64,000 nt of DNA from an uncultured delta proteobacterium (GTDB taxonomy: Bacteria > Myxococcota_A > Polyangia > Polyangiales > B10-G4), in contig CAVSGI010000010.1 in NCBI GenBank assembly GCA_963727445.1, positions 1,408,001-1,472,000 on the forward strand. Direction: 5' to 3'. The translations under genes were made by a program, and so were the position numbers. Below the pieces are notes generated by a model. The model did not search any database, was not told where the DNA came from, and saw only the letters and a list, made by a program, of their open reading frames with translations. Shown piece by piece: positions 62,191 through 64,000 of this stretch (position 1 is its first letter; the number at the start of each line of letters is the position of its first letter).

Positions 62191-64000
62191 GCCGACGGCC
62201 CTCCGTTCGAGCGCAGGCGCTCCTCTTCCTCGTCGTCCTCGCCTCCTGCGGGGACGACGCGGTCGCCGACGCTGCGCCCGACGCGGCCGCCGACTCGGCC
62301 GCCGACGCCGATGCGGCGGTGGACACCGGGCCACCGCCCCGGCCCATGCCCGATCCGCCCGACGAGCCCTACGATCCGCCGCCGCCCTTCCTGATCGATT
62401 CGCCGCGCGATCTCGTGCGCTACGTCGATCCCTTCATCGGATCAGAGGGCTCGGGCAACGTGATCCCGGGCGCTCTCGTGCCGCACGGGATGGTGCGCGC
62501 GTCGCCCGACAGCGCCGCTCCCGGCGGGAGCATCGACGGCTACGAATACGGCAGCGATCGCATCGAGGGCTTCACCCACCTCCAGCTCGAGGGGCCGGGC
62601 GGCTCGCTCAACGGATACAACTCCATCCGCATGATGCCCGTCGGCGGTCCCCTCGACCTGGCCGACTACTCTTCGGCCTTCTCCCACGACGACGAAGAGG
62701 CGGCGCCCGGCTACTACGCGGTGACCCTGGGCGACACCGGCGTGCGCGTGGAGCTCACGGCGACGGCGCATGCCGCGATGCATCGCTACACCTTCCCCGA
62801 AGGCGACGCGAGCCTGGTGCTCGACCTGATGGCGTCGAACGGCAACACCAAAGGCATGAGCGTCGAGCTGGTCGGCGACCGCGCCATCCGCGGGCGCGCG
62901 AGCTTCAACGTCCACCCGGGCCTCAGCGTGATCCTCTCCGGCGTCGCCCCCGGCACCGCCGACGTCTCCGTCTACTACTACATCGAGATGAGCGAGCCCT
63001 TCGCGAGCTCGGGGATCTGGCGCGCGACCGAGCCTCCGACGATGGACGAAGGCCTGACGCACGACGAAGGCTACGGCCTCGGTGCTTACGGCACCTTCGC
63101 CCGGCCGAGCGACGGCGTGATCGAGGCGCGCGTGGGTATCTCCCTCGTGGACGCGATCCACGCCGAAGCGAACCTCCGGGGCGAGCTCGGCGACCGCGGC
63201 TTCGACGAGGTACGCGCCGCGGCGTCGGACGCGTGGAACCAGAAGCTGAACCGAATCCAGGCCGACGGGAGCGAGGAGTCCCTCGCGACCTTCTACACCG
63301 CGCTCTACCACTCGCTCTTTCAGCCGGCCGACTACACCGAAGCCGAAGGCTGGTATGTGGTGTCCACCAGCGGCGCGCCGGTGGTGAAGGACGGCGGCGG
63401 GCGGCCCTTCTACACCGACGACTGGTGCATGTGGGACACCTTCCGGACCACGCACCCTCTCGGCACCCTCGTCGAGCCCGAGCTGCGCGGGGACGTCGTG
63501 CGCTCGATGCTGGTGATGTACGAGGAGGGCGGCTGGCTGCCGAAGTGCACCTGGAACGCCCAGGGGTACTCGCGGGTCATGACCGCGAACAACGCCATCC
63601 CGATCATCGTCGACGCCTGGTCGAAGGGCCTGCGCGACTTCGACGAGATGCTGGCCTGGGAGGCGATGGCCCACAGCAGCCGCGAGGAGATCACGGGCTT
63701 CGAGGACGCGGGCGGCTGCGGCTACTTCGGTCTCGGCACCCCGCCCGAGTACATGACCCAGGGCTACTTCGGCTACGAGTGCGACACGCACCAGGCGGCG
63801 TCGATGACGCTCGAGTACGCCTACACCGACCATCTGATGGCGCTCTACGCCGCCGGCATGGGGCTCTCGACGGAGGTCGACGAGTTCGTCGCTCGCTCAC
63901 GCAACTTCGAAAACCAGTGGGACGCGACCGCCGGCTTCATGCGGCCGCGCATGCGCGACGGCTCGTGGATGGATCCCTTCGACCCGGCGGACACGAGCGA
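62187..64000 (+). CDS. GH92 alpha-mannosidase family lipoprotein (partial, runs off the window)
   Basis: Manual translation from GTG 62187: lipobox LASC, YVDPFIGS..GNVIPGALVPHGMVRASPD, EEAAPGYYAV, FYTALYHS, WDTFRTTHPL, SMTLEYAY. Not in the ORF track because there is no stop in the window. Confidence 0.92.

Overview
High-GC DNA that looks like a myxobacterium (Polyangiales/Sandaracinus-like), judged from MYXO-CTERM tails, many Cys-rich lipoproteins and Hanks-type Ser/Thr kinases. The window holds about 48 genes. I found no rRNA, tRNA, CRISPR array or recognisable IS/phage element. The main candidate new system is a tight minus-strand operon at 19854-~16040: DUF3348-like (ZorF), DUF802-like (ZorA) and DUF2894-like (ZorG), i.e. 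Zorya type III architecture. It has no zorB (OmpA/MotB) gene, and the MotA-like channel segment appears to be missing from ZorA. The ZorA tail carries a 13 x 33-bp (11-residue) repeat expansion, and an 18-bp palindrome lies just upstream of the operon. Other content: an extended MoxR/RavA-type AAA+ and vWA (ViaA-like) pair; a LITAF-like Zn-hairpin plus arrestin-like protein; a PQQ-propeller-VIT-vWA fusion operon; Hint-domain and disintegrin-like lipoproteins; a puuD-allB-alc-uraD urate catabolism operon; orphan E1 alpha/beta genes; and a partial GH92. There are seven apparent +1 frameshifts. Five are repaired by the same GATTC->GATC edit, which suggests systematic (methylation-linked) sequencing errors rather than pseudogenes. 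All family assignments come from motif recognition by eye, not from database searches.
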